DNA of 32,000 nt from assembly GCA_000145985.1 (NCBI GenBank), contig CP002098.1, forward strand, positions 1,241,123-1,273,122. Direction: 5' to 3'. The notes under the pieces were generated by a model, which was not told where the DNA came from, did no database searches, and saw only the letters and a list, made by a program, of their open reading frames with translations. Shown here in pieces: positions 24,516-32,000 of this stretch; the first letter of the stretch is position 1; each line of letters begins with the position of its first letter. The DNA is from Ignisphaera aggregans DSM 17230. GTDB taxonomy: Archaea > Thermoproteota > Thermoprotei_A > Sulfolobales > Ignisphaeraceae. The position numbers and the translations under genes are program-made.

Positions 24516-25748
24516 ATGAGCTTCTCAAAAAAGATTAGAGAGCTACTAGATCATCATGGAAAGCCATCTAAAGAAGTCTATTTTGATCTTGAGAATAGTG
24601 GATGGGTTCCACCAGAAGTTGTAGAGGCTATGAAGCCATATTATAACGTATATGGATATGGACATCCATCTATAACACATAGAATTGGATGGGAAGCTCT
24701 AGAAGTTGTTTATGAAGCTAAGGAACTCATAGCCTCATCAATAGGTGCTAAATCTATAGACGAAATAGTGTTTACACATAGTGGTACAGAGGCAAATAAT
24801 CTTGCTATAGCAGGATATCTCTTAGCCAATAGAAATAAGAGAGGTAAGGTTATAGTTTCATCAATAGAGCATCTAAGTGTGATATTCCCAGCAGAATTCT
24901 ATGCAAATATACTTGGGTTTAAGGTTATAAGAGTACCTGTTAATGGAGAAGGCTTTATAGATCCAGAAATATTTAAATACTATGTAGATAGGGATACAGT
25001 TCTAATAAGTATTCAGATGGTTAATCATGAGATAGGAACCGTACAGAACATAAGAGAGCTTGTAGATATAGCTAAATCAGTTAATCCAAATATAGTGTTT
25101 CATACAGATGCTGCTGATGCATATGGAAAGATGGCTATAGATGTAAATAAACTTGGAGTAGATATGATGACTATAAGTAGCCATAAAATACATGGTCCAC
25201 GTGGAGTCGGAGTACTATATGTTAGAGAAGGTATAAATCTAGAATCACCTATAAGAGGACAACTAAGTGTTGAAAAACTGTGGCCAGGTGTTGAAAATGT
25301 GCCAGCTATAGCAGGTTTCAAGAAGGCTATAGAACTAGCATTCAATGATTTTGACTATAATATAAACCATATGAAGAGATTGAGAGATAAGCTTATGAAG
25401 GGGATAATGGATAATGTAGATGATGTATTGATAAATGGTCCTATAGGGGATAGGAGAGCTCCAGATAATCTAAATATAAGCTTTCTCTATGTCGAGGGTG
25501 AAGCTATAACAGTTGAACTTAGTCTTCATGGAATCTATGTATCTAGTGGAAGTGCATGTACATCTAGAGTTCTTGAGCCTAGCCATGTTCTTCTAGCTAT
25601 AGGAAGAAAACATGAGGAAGCACATGGAAGTATATTATTTAAGACATCTAGATATCATAGTGAAGACGATATAGACTATGCTATTGAGATAATTCCAAAA
25701 GCTATAGATAGACTTAGGAGTATAAGCTCTATAAAACCAAATAGGTAG
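24516..25748 (+). CDS. iscS: cysteine desulfurase (IscS/NifS class I)
   Basis: PLP lysine in TISSHKIHGPRGVGVLYV, catalytic loop SSGSACTS, HTDAAD, and the N-terminus FTHSGTEANNLAI. Confidence 0.92.
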   Translation: MSFSKKIRELLDHHGKPSKEVYFDLENSGWVPPEVVEAMKPYYNVYGYGHPSITHRIGWEALEVVYEAKELIASSIGAKSIDEIVFTHSGTEANNLAIAGYLLANRNKRGKVIVSSIEHLSVIFPAEFYANILGFKVIRVPVNGEGFIDPEIFKYYVDRDTVLISIQMVNHEIGTVQNIRELVDIAKSVNPNIVFHTDAADAYGKMAIDVNKLGVDMMTISSHKIHGPRGVGVLYVREGINLESPIRGQLSVEKLWPGVENVPAIAGFKKAIELAFNDFDYNINHMKRLRDKLMKGIMDNVDDVLINGPIGDRRAPDNLNISFLYVEGEAITVELSLHGIYVSSGSACTSRVLEPSHVLLAIGRKHEEAHGSILFKTSRYHSEDDIDYAIEIIPKAIDRLRSISSIKPNR

Positions 25749-25810
25749 AAAAGTCATATTAAACATCTTTAATAACTCTGTAATAGCTGTAGAAACTTAG
25801 GTGCTAATCT

Positions 25811-26335
25811 ATGAGCACAAGAATACCTCTTCCATATAGCCCAAAGGTATTAGAAATATTTAGAAATCCCAAGAACCTAGGTCCTTTAGAAAATGCAACA
25901 GTTGTAGAATCTGCTGGAAGTCCTGCTTGTGGCGATATGATAAAGCTTTATCTAAGGATTGAAAGAATTGATAACATTGATGTTATAAAGGAAGCAACTT
26001 TTGAGAGCTATGGATGTGCAGCAAATATAGCTGCTGCAAGTATAGTGACGGAGATGATAAAGGGTAAAGATCTTAGATATGCATGGAATATAACATGGAA
26101 ACAGATATCAGATGAGCTAGGAGGTCTACCACCAATAAAATACCATTGCAGTATCCTAGCTGTAGGAGCATTAAAAAGAGCTATTAGAGCATATTATAAG
26201 AAGATAGGTGAACATCCAGAATGGTTGCCAAAGGAACTTGTACAAGAGGAGAAACTTGTTTTAGAAGAAGAGGAAATGATAGAGAGATACCACAAATCTA
26301 TGAAAGAGGTTATGGGAGTGGTAGATAGGAAATGA
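25811..26335 (+). CDS. iscU: IscU/NifU-type Fe-S cluster scaffold (with a C-terminal extension)
   Basis: GSPACGDMIKLYL, FESYGCAANIAAAS, LPPIKYHCSILA, giving the three conserved Cys. About 45 extra acidic C-terminal residues. Confidence 0.9.
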   Translation: MSTRIPLPYSPKVLEIFRNPKNLGPLENATVVESAGSPACGDMIKLYLRIERIDNIDVIKEATFESYGCAANIAAASIVTEMIKGKDLRYAWNITWKQISDELGGLPPIKYHCSILAVGALKRAIRAYYKKIGEHPEWLPKELVQEEKLVLEEEEMIERYHKSMKEVMGVVDRK

Positions 26336-26589
26336 TATTAGACTTTAGAGGAGAGGAATGCCCAGGACCACTAGTAAAGACACTTAGAAAATTAGTTAAT
26401 GCAAAGAAGGGTGAGGAGATTATAGTTTTAACAGATTCAAAAGAATGTGTAAATGTATTGAGAGAATCAATAGTTCCACTAGGTCTAGGAAGCTTTGATG
26501 TTAAACAGGAGGATTCATACTATAAGATAACAATTATAAAACTGGTTGATAAACTGGATGAGCAAATAGATATCGTTAAAAGATGCTAA
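26332..26589 (+). CDS. tusA: TusA/SirA family sulfurtransferase
   Basis: LDFRGEECPGPLVKTLRKL carries the canonical CPxP motif. The ATGA start/stop overlap with iscU indicates coupling. Confidence 0.85.
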   Translation: MILDFRGEECPGPLVKTLRKLVNAKKGEEIIVLTDSKECVNVLRESIVPLGLGSFDVKQEDSYYKITIIKLVDKLDEQIDIVKRC

Positions 26590-26602
26590 AATTAATATAT
26601 TA

Positions 26603-26608
26603 TTTTTT
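26603..26608 (+). terminator. oligo-T tract after the iscS-iscU-tusA operon
   Basis: A T6 run lies 14 nt after the tusA stop, at the convergent junction with the ferredoxin gene. Confidence 0.3.
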
Positions 26609-26900
26609 ATGGCGTATTTCTAAGAAGTGATCTACTAGTTAATTCCAAATTTTTGAGAAGTTTATCTAAGGTCAAAGATCTTAGAATGCTATTATCAAAA
26701 GGTTCTGCTTCTCTATAGACAAGTTCTATTGCATGTGAAGGACATACAGCTATACATGAACCAAATCCATCACACATTCTTTCATTTATTAACATAGCCC
26801 TTCCATCTATTATAGCTAATGCTTTTGCGAGACATGCTTCAACACATTTGCCACAACCTATACATCGCTCTCTATTGATGCTAACAATAAGTCTCTTCAT
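26607..26900 (-). CDS. 4Fe-4S dicluster ferredoxin-domain protein
   Basis: CIGCGKCVEAC and CDGFGSCIAVCP motifs, in 97 aa. Confidence 0.8.
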   Translation of the reverse strand: MKRLIVSINRERCIGCGKCVEACLAKALAIIDGRAMLINERMCDGFGSCIAVCPSHAIELVYREAEPFDNSILRSLTLDKLLKNLELTSRSLLRNTP

Positions 26901-26956
26901 ATATTATCACAGTTCATGTCCATGGGCTTCTTTTTCAAATTCTATCATTGTCTCAT

Positions 26957-27178
26957 CTACATAAGATGTTTACCAAACTTTATACTTTGAGCCGATTTTC
27001 TTATTATCTGTTCTTGATTTCTAATCCACTGTGAAATCCATTTCTGGGCACATTGCTGACTACAGAATATAGCTGCTTTGTTCATACAACACGTCTTGTA
27101 GAATATAGGATTACTTGTAAGTTTACCACAGACAATACATCTATATACACTTTCAATACCTTTAATTTCTAAAGGCAT
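26957..27178 (-). CDS. TRASH-domain metal-binding protein
   Basis: C14-x2-C17-x21-C39-x3-C43 (CIVCG...IFCSQQCAQKW) fits the TRASH signature C-x2-C-x19-22-C-x3-C. Confidence 0.6.
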   Translation of the reverse strand: MPLEIKGIESVYRCIVCGKLTSNPIFYKTCCMNKAAIFCSQQCAQKWISQWIRNQEQIIRKSAQSIKFGKHLM

Positions 27179-27224
27179 CTAAATCACTTTCTACACCTAC
27201 ATATATAACTACCTATATTAATCA

Positions 27225-27245
27225 TTATATAACTTAGTTATATAA
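27225..27245. promoter_or_regulatory. 21-bp palindrome TTATATAAC-TTA-GTTATATAA in the divergent promoter between two Cys-rich metal-protein genes
   Basis: Perfect 9-bp arms, checked base by base. It lies 47 nt from the TRASH gene start and about 100 nt from the 27344 ATG. Confidence 0.35.
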
Positions 27246-27343
27246 GACATTTTAATTAAAGGAAATCAATGTTTTATCTTAGTAGTGTCACTATCTTAAG
27301 ATATATTAAGCTGTAGATATACAACATATCTTTGGTATTGAAT

Positions 27344-27595
27344 ATGGTTAAAGAAATTGTTTATAATGGTAAAAGGTATTGGGTATGTGAGATATGTGGT
27401 CTAGTATACCTAGATAGAGAAACAGCTAGTGAATGCGAAGAGTTTTGTAAGAATAATCCAGGGTCATGCTCTATTACAACTACATCAAAAGCTATAGGCA
27501 GAATCATTTTAAGAGAGGGTAGAGAGTATATAAAATTCTATAGGGGTAGTAGAAGTAGTCATCTTTATGACCTGTACTCATGTGGATGTTGTTAG
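27344..27595 (+). CDS. small Cys-rich protein (CxxC-x12-CxxxC zinc-ribbon-like motif, C-terminal CGCC)
   Basis: MVKEIVYNGKRYWVCEICGLVYLDRETASECEEFCKNNPGSC...YSCGCC*. I place the start at the ATG at 27344. The ORF track uses TTG at 27332. Confidence 0.55.
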   Translation: MVKEIVYNGKRYWVCEICGLVYLDRETASECEEFCKNNPGSCSITTTSKAIGRIILREGREYIKFYRGSRSSHLYDLYSCGCC

Positions 27596-27611
27596 AAATA
27601 TTTTATTAGGT

Positions 27612-28145
27612 CTAAAGATTTAGATACTCTCCAAGGAGTTTATAGTCTATATTCAACTTCTTTGAAATTTCTACTATATCTCTATACATATTCTCAATAA
27701 TATCACTCACCTCAAAACCTTGTAATCTATATATAGAGCCAACCATATATGTAGCTATATAGTCACATAATTTTGCTATATTTGATTCAAGACTCTGCTG
27801 CTCTCTATATTCTTTGAATAAGTTTCTTATATATTCATTATCTATGTTTTTCTCTAAAACTTCAATCTCTAAGGACTTCTTAATCCTTTCTATTTCAGCA
27901 TTAGAATATTTAGCTATATCGCCTATGAAAGCCTCTGGCAAATCATGTACTAGAGCCATTACTACAATTCTATCTATTGTTGTTTTATCTAAGCCAAGTT
28001 TTGTACATAGATCTAAACATATTAATGATGCTATAAAGCTATGTTCAGCTATATTCTCAGCAATACCTGGTGGCACCCCTCTTAACATCCATCCACTTCT
28101 AGCAACATTAAGTAATCCTCTTAATGCCTTAAATATATAGTTCAT
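27612..28145 (-). CDS. HD-domain hydrolase (YfbR-like 5'-deoxynucleotidase family)
   Basis: NIAEHSF...ALVHDLPEAFIGD gives the H...HD...D metal-binding pattern. 177 aa. Confidence 0.8.
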   Translation of the reverse strand: MNYIFKALRGLLNVARSGWMLRGVPPGIAENIAEHSFIASLICLDLCTKLGLDKTTIDRIVVMALVHDLPEAFIGDIAKYSNAEIERIKKSLEIEVLEKNIDNEYIRNLFKEYREQQSLESNIAKLCDYIATYMVGSIYRLQGFEVSDIIENMYRDIVEISKKLNIDYKLLGEYLNL

Positions 28146-28281
28146 CTATATCACATACCTCTTTGTATTAGTTAAAGATATTTAAAGCTATACAACAAGA
28201 AAAGCCTAGAACATCTCTGAATTCTGTCAAGGGCGCTATACATATATCTCTAGCTGTATACCATATTCATTGGCGATATAA

Positions 28282-28449
28282 ATGATTGTAATAGATCCTG
28301 TATGTGGTATGGAGATAGATACCTCTAAAGCGAAGTATAAGTCTATTTATAAGGGGAAGATATATTATTTCTGTAGTGAAAAATGTAAAAAAGAGTTTGA
28401 AGCAAATCCAGAGTACTTCATTGTTCACGGACCTAGAGGACATATGTGA
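28282..28449 (+). CDS. YHS/TRASH-domain small copper-binding protein (CopM/CopT-like metallochaperone); not in the ORF track (<60 aa)
   Basis: Hand translation: MIVIDPVCGMEIDTSKAKYKSIYKGKIYYFCSEKCKKEFEANPEYFIVHGPRGHM*. It has the DPVCGM...YYFCSxxCxxxF signature. Its stop overlaps the copA start (ATGTGATGG). Confidence 0.75.
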   Translation: MIVIDPVCGMEIDTSKAKYKSIYKGKIYYFCSEKCKKEFEANPEYFIVHGPRGHM

Positions 28450-30842
28450 TGGTTAGAGTTAGTGAAAAGATTAGGATTATAGGTATAGACTGCCCCTCAT
28501 GTGTCTATTCAATAAATTCTTCGTTGGCTAAACTTAAATATGTATACAATGTTAGAATAGATATCAATAGTGGTGATACAGTAGTAGAGTATGATGATGA
28601 ATATATAAGTCTTAGAGAGATCGTTAGAGCAATTAGATATGCAGGATATGATGTGTATAGAGAGTATATAGTATTATCAATAGATATTGATGAAGATGAT
28701 GTTAGAATTCTTGAAAAATATTTGAATAGTTATAGAGGTGTTATAGACTATAGGATTTCTCCAATAACAAAGATTTTGAAGATTGCATATAATCCTTATA
28801 CAATCTCTAGAGATGAGATATTAAGATATCTATTATCAAAAGGCTATAGAGTTTCTATACCTAAAGGCCAAGAAGCTAAGATAGATAGTGGTAGAGGGAG
28901 ATGGGAGCTATTTTCAGCTATAACATCATTTTCATTGGGATTACTATTAATAGTTATCCATACATTTAAAACATTTGGATTTGCAATTCCTTACTTTCTT
29001 GATAATATCTTTATCCATTTTATACTAACGTCAATAGTCATAGGGCTTAATATCAGAGTGTTTACTAGAGGGTTCAAAGGGCTTATCCTTTTAACACCAT
29101 CTATGGACTCATTGATTGCTTTATCAACAGGGTTTACATATGTTTATAGTACACTTGTTCTTACTGGGATTCTTAGAGGAGATATATTTTTTGAAGCTTC
29201 TGCAGGTGTATTGGGTTTCGTCTCTATTGGGAGATATATTGAAAATAGGTTTAGGGCTAGAGTTAGTGAGGCTATTAGCAATCTTCTAGAGTTTCAGAGG
29301 GGTAAGGTTAGAAAGGTTATTGGAGATTTTGAGGAGGAGGTTGAGATAAGTAAAATTTCTATAAATGATATTATTGCTATTAGAGCTGGAGAGATAATAC
29401 CTGTAGATGGTATAGTTGTTGATGGTTGGGGCTATGTAGATGAATCAATGTTTACAGGAGAGCCTATACCCATATACAAGTCTTCTCAGAGGAGGGATCC
29501 TGTATATGCTGGAACAATACTTACATCGGGATATATAAAAGTTAGAGCTACAAGAATTGGCAGTGAAACACTTCTCTCACAAATAGTAGAGTTTATTAGA
29601 GAGGCACAGACATCTAAGCCATCTATTCAGAGGTTTGCAGATAGGGTTGTAGGGTATCTAACATGGCTTGTTATAGCTATTAGTATTGCAACATTTCTTT
29701 ATTGGATGTATCTTGGTGGAGTTGGTATTGAGAAAGCTATAATGTTTACAGCTTCTGTTCTTGCTGTTACATGTCCATGTCCATTAGGTATTGCTATACC
29801 TATGGTTATAGCTATAGCTATTGTAAAGGCTGTTAATATAGGGGTTATGGTCAGAGCATCGGATGTTTTTGAGAGAATAGAAAAGATCTCCATGGTCATG
29901 TTTGATAAGACAGGTACTCTAACTATTGGGAAACCTATAGTTGAGGAGGTTGTTTTTCTCAATAACAGTAATAGTAATATCCTCGCCTATATATGTAGTG
30001 CTGAGAAAAGAAGTGAACATGTATATGCAAAGGCAATTCTAGAATATTGTAAGGAGAATAGGGTTGAGAGTTTTGAGCCAGATGAATATGATCATTTCCC
30101 TGGTCTAGGAATTATAGCTAAAATTAATGGTGTGGAGATTGCTATAGGCTCTCATAAACTTTTGGAAAATCTAGAGATATATATTGATAATAATATTGAT
30201 GAGATTGCTAATAAATATAGGGAGAAGGGAAGGGCTGTGATATTCGTATCTATGAATAGAAAACTTGTAGCTCTTATCATAGTCCATGATAAGATTAGAG
30301 ATGATGCTAGAGAGCTTGTAACATTCCTCAAGAATATGGGTATAAAGACAGCGATTGCAACAGGCGATAATAGAATATCCGCTAAGGCTGTTGCAGAAGA
30401 ACTTGGTATAGATTTAGTATTTTCTGATCTAAGACCAGAAGACAAGGCTAAGCTTATCGATGAGCTTCAAGATAGGGGTGAGAGGGTTATGTATATAGGT
30501 GATGGAATAAACGATGCTATAGCATTGAAAAAAGCCTATATAGGTATAGCTATGGGCAGTGGTGCTGAGGTATCTAGACAGGCTGGCGATGCAATAATCA
30601 TAAGCAATAAACTACGCTCTATAGAAAATCTCTATAAACTGTCTTATGCTGTAAAAAGAAAGGGGTTAGAGAATCTTTTCTGGGCATTCATCTACAACAT
30701 AATACTAATCCCTATCGCAATGGGCATACTATATAGACCCCTGGGAATAGCACTAAGACCAGAATATGCAGCTCTAGCAATGATATTAAGTGACATCTCT
30801 GTTGTAGCAAACTCGCTAACATTATTTAGATGGAAATCGTAG
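28449..30842 (+). CDS. copA: copper-translocating P1B-type ATPase
   Basis: N-terminal HMA domain with CPSC, a second HMA-like domain without Cys, TM CPC motif (VTCPCPLGIAIP), DKTGTLT, SEHVYAKAI, GDGINDA. Start is the ATG at 28449, or GTG at 28446 as in the ORF track. Confidence 0.93.
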   Translation: MVRVSEKIRIIGIDCPSCVYSINSSLAKLKYVYNVRIDINSGDTVVEYDDEYISLREIVRAIRYAGYDVYREYIVLSIDIDEDDVRILEKYLNSYRGVIDYRISPITKILKIAYNPYTISRDEILRYLLSKGYRVSIPKGQEAKIDSGRGRWELFSAITSFSLGLLLIVIHTFKTFGFAIPYFLDNIFIHFILTSIVIGLNIRVFTRGFKGLILLTPSMDSLIALSTGFTYVYSTLVLTGILRGDIFFEASAGVLGFVSIGRYIENRFRARVSEAISNLLEFQRGKVRKVIGDFEEEVEISKISINDIIAIRAGEIIPVDGIVVDGWGYVDESMFTGEPIPIYKSSQRRDPVYAGTILTSGYIKVRATRIGSETLLSQIVEFIREAQTSKPSIQRFADRVVGYLTWLVIAISIATFLYWMYLGGVGIEKAIMFTASVLAVTCPCPLGIAIPMVIAIAIVKAVNIGVMVRASDVFERIEKISMVMFDKTGTLTIGKPIVEEVVFLNNSNSNILAYICSAEKRSEHVYAKAILEYCKENRVESFEPDEYDHFPGLGIIAKINGVEIAIGSHKLLENLEIYIDNNIDEIANKYREKGRAVIFVSMNRKLVALIIVHDKIRDDARELVTFLKNMGIKTAIATGDNRISAKAVAEELGIDLVFSDLRPEDKAKLIDELQDRGERVMYIGDGINDAIALKKAYIGIAMGSGAEVSRQAGDAIIISNKLRSIENLYKLSYAVKRKGLENLFWAFIYNIILIPIAMGILYRPLGIALRPEYAALAMILSDISVVANSLTLFRWKS

Positions 30843-30900
30843 AGATGATCTAAGGGCTGTTGAGTACAGAATGTCTATAATTCAGTTACAGTGAATAATT

Positions 30901-31485
30901 ATGATGTCTCTTAGAGCTTTTAGAGATATTGTTGAAAGAGTTAGAAGACTTTCAATTGAGTATGGTGTTCCAAGTATTGGGATGGACGATGGAGTAGTTC
31001 TATATCTGGTGGTATTTCTCTATGTTCCTCAGCAAGGCAGTTCTATAACTGTTGTTGATGGTGGTGCTGGTATAGGTTTTTCAACTATATGGATGGCTAA
31101 AGCTCTAGAGGATTCATGTAGATCTAGCTGTAGGGTTATAGCTGTTGAGGTTAATGATAAGAGGGTTAAGATGCTTAGAAGGGTTATAGATGAGCTTAGC
31201 TTGAAGAGGGTTAGTATCGAGATTTTCCATGGAGATTTCATAGACTTTATAGAGATGATGCCGGAGGAATCTATAGACATAGCTTTTATAGATATAGACA
31301 AGCATCGATATCTAGAGGCATTTAGAGTTATAAAGAGTAGAGTCAAGCGAAAAGGATTTGTGATGTATCATAATGCATACATTGGAAGCATTATTGAGAG
31401 AATAGCTAAAGAAGCTATCGATGACGGATGGATCTCTACAGTTGTACCAACAACCGAAGGAATTCTCCTATTAATTAAACCATAG
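30901..31485 (+). CDS. class I SAM-dependent O-methyltransferase (catechol-OMT / YrrM-like family 3)
   Basis: VDGGAGIGFSTIWMA (SAM motif I), VIAVEVNDKR, AFIDIDKHRY. 194 aa. Confidence 0.75.
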   Translation: MMSLRAFRDIVERVRRLSIEYGVPSIGMDDGVVLYLVVFLYVPQQGSSITVVDGGAGIGFSTIWMAKALEDSCRSSCRVIAVEVNDKRVKMLRRVIDELSLKRVSIEIFHGDFIDFIEMMPEESIDIAFIDIDKHRYLEAFRVIKSRVKRKGFVMYHNAYIGSIIERIAKEAIDDGWISTVVPTTEGILLLIKP

Positions 31486-31710
31486 CAATAGCATAAATTT
31501 TATTGTTTCAGTCTCGGTAGAGACCCTAATACGAACATTATTTGTCTCTAGCTGACTTAGGGATATATAATGAATATCGATATGAAATATTCAACCCATA
31601 GATCTTTTCCAGGCAATAAATTGTATAGACAGACTCCAAAGGTTTTAGAGGTTCGTGAAATCGTTATAGAGTTTAGGAGGGACATAAGGATTTCTGGTGA
31701 TTAGTCTGCT

Positions 31711-32000
31711 GTGGAACTGGGTCGAGAGATATCAAAACTTTATGAGTATCTACTTGGAAAACTTGTTGAGATTCTTAATCTGTTTTGGATTGATAGAGAG
31801 AGCTTTGCTGAGTATCTACTGAGATCCTCAGATAACAATATATCTAAGCTGAACATAGTTGTTTTTGATCCTCTATCTCCAGATACCTATATCAATGAGA
31901 TAGATATTTCAAGACTTCAGGTTGTTTTTTCTAAGCGTAGATGGAGAGCTAGATGGGGAGAAAGGAATAGGGCTAGATACCTACTCATAGGCTTTAATGA
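31711..32000 (+). CDS. hypothetical protein, partial (runs off the right edge); possibly the downstream part of a gene starting at 31570 and interrupted by TAG at 31702-31704
   Basis: The frame is open from 31705 to the window end (SAVELGREISKLYEYLLGKLVEILNLFWIDRESFAEYLL...). Its only start candidate is GTG at 31711. The same frame upstream holds a 44-codon ATG-initiated ORF (31570-31701). Confidence 0.35.
   Translation, partial: MELGREISKLYEYLLGKLVEILNLFWIDRESFAEYLLRSSDNNISKLNIVVFDPLSPDTYINEIDISRLQVVFSKRRWRARWGERNRARYLLIGFN

Noticed and set aside
30843-30900. Possible C/D-box sRNA (GATGATC near the 5' end of the copA-methyltransferase intergenic region)
   Set aside because: There is no proper RUGAUGA C box and no CUGA D box in the interval.

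Overview
AT-rich archaeal chromosome segment. Gene content suggests a hyperthermophilic crenarchaeon: a two-subunit 2-oxoacid:ferredoxin oxidoreductase, a Sulfolobus-type 25-bp CRISPR repeat and a TRASH/YHS + CopA copper module. That taxonomic call is inference. Layout: (1) 1-1840: a partial ORF, a coiled-coil/nuclease-like gene and an AT-rich CRISPR leader. (2) 1841-4142: a CRISPR array of 33 identical 25-bp repeats and 32 long spacers (40-54 bp), with no cas gene anywhere in the window. (3) 4143-6535: a segment of visibly higher G+C. It starts at the last perfect repeat and is split and ended by two degenerate repeat copies. It carries two overlapping small membrane-protein genes and a CPBP/Abi-type intramembrane protease whose N-terminus looks frameshifted. 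This is the most unusual part of the window. (4) 6652-18077: mostly housekeeping and redox genes, namely ferritin plus a rubredoxin-like partner, a metallophosphoesterase, thioredoxin reductase, OFOR alpha/beta with a small C2H2-type zinc-finger ORF, ferredoxin, rubrerythrin, a CBS protein, an NRDE/TANGO2-like protein and CoaBC. (5) 18074-21316: a DppABC-type ABC importer operon without ATPase genes, whose last permease is interrupted by an in-frame TGA. (6) 21411-26589: an AbrB-PhoU regulator, a Cys/Met PLP enzyme, and an HTH-TusA-like-IscS-IscU-TusA cluster (minimal ISC-type Fe-S/sulfur relay). (7) 26607-30842: a metal module with a dicluster ferredoxin, a TRASH protein, a Cys-rich protein, an HD hydrolase, a 55-aa YHS/TRASH ORF missing from the ORF track, and the CopA P-type ATPase. 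(8) 30901-32000: an O-methyltransferase and a right-edge ORF interrupted by an in-frame TAG. All functional calls come from motifs I recognise in the supplied translations. No database search was run.
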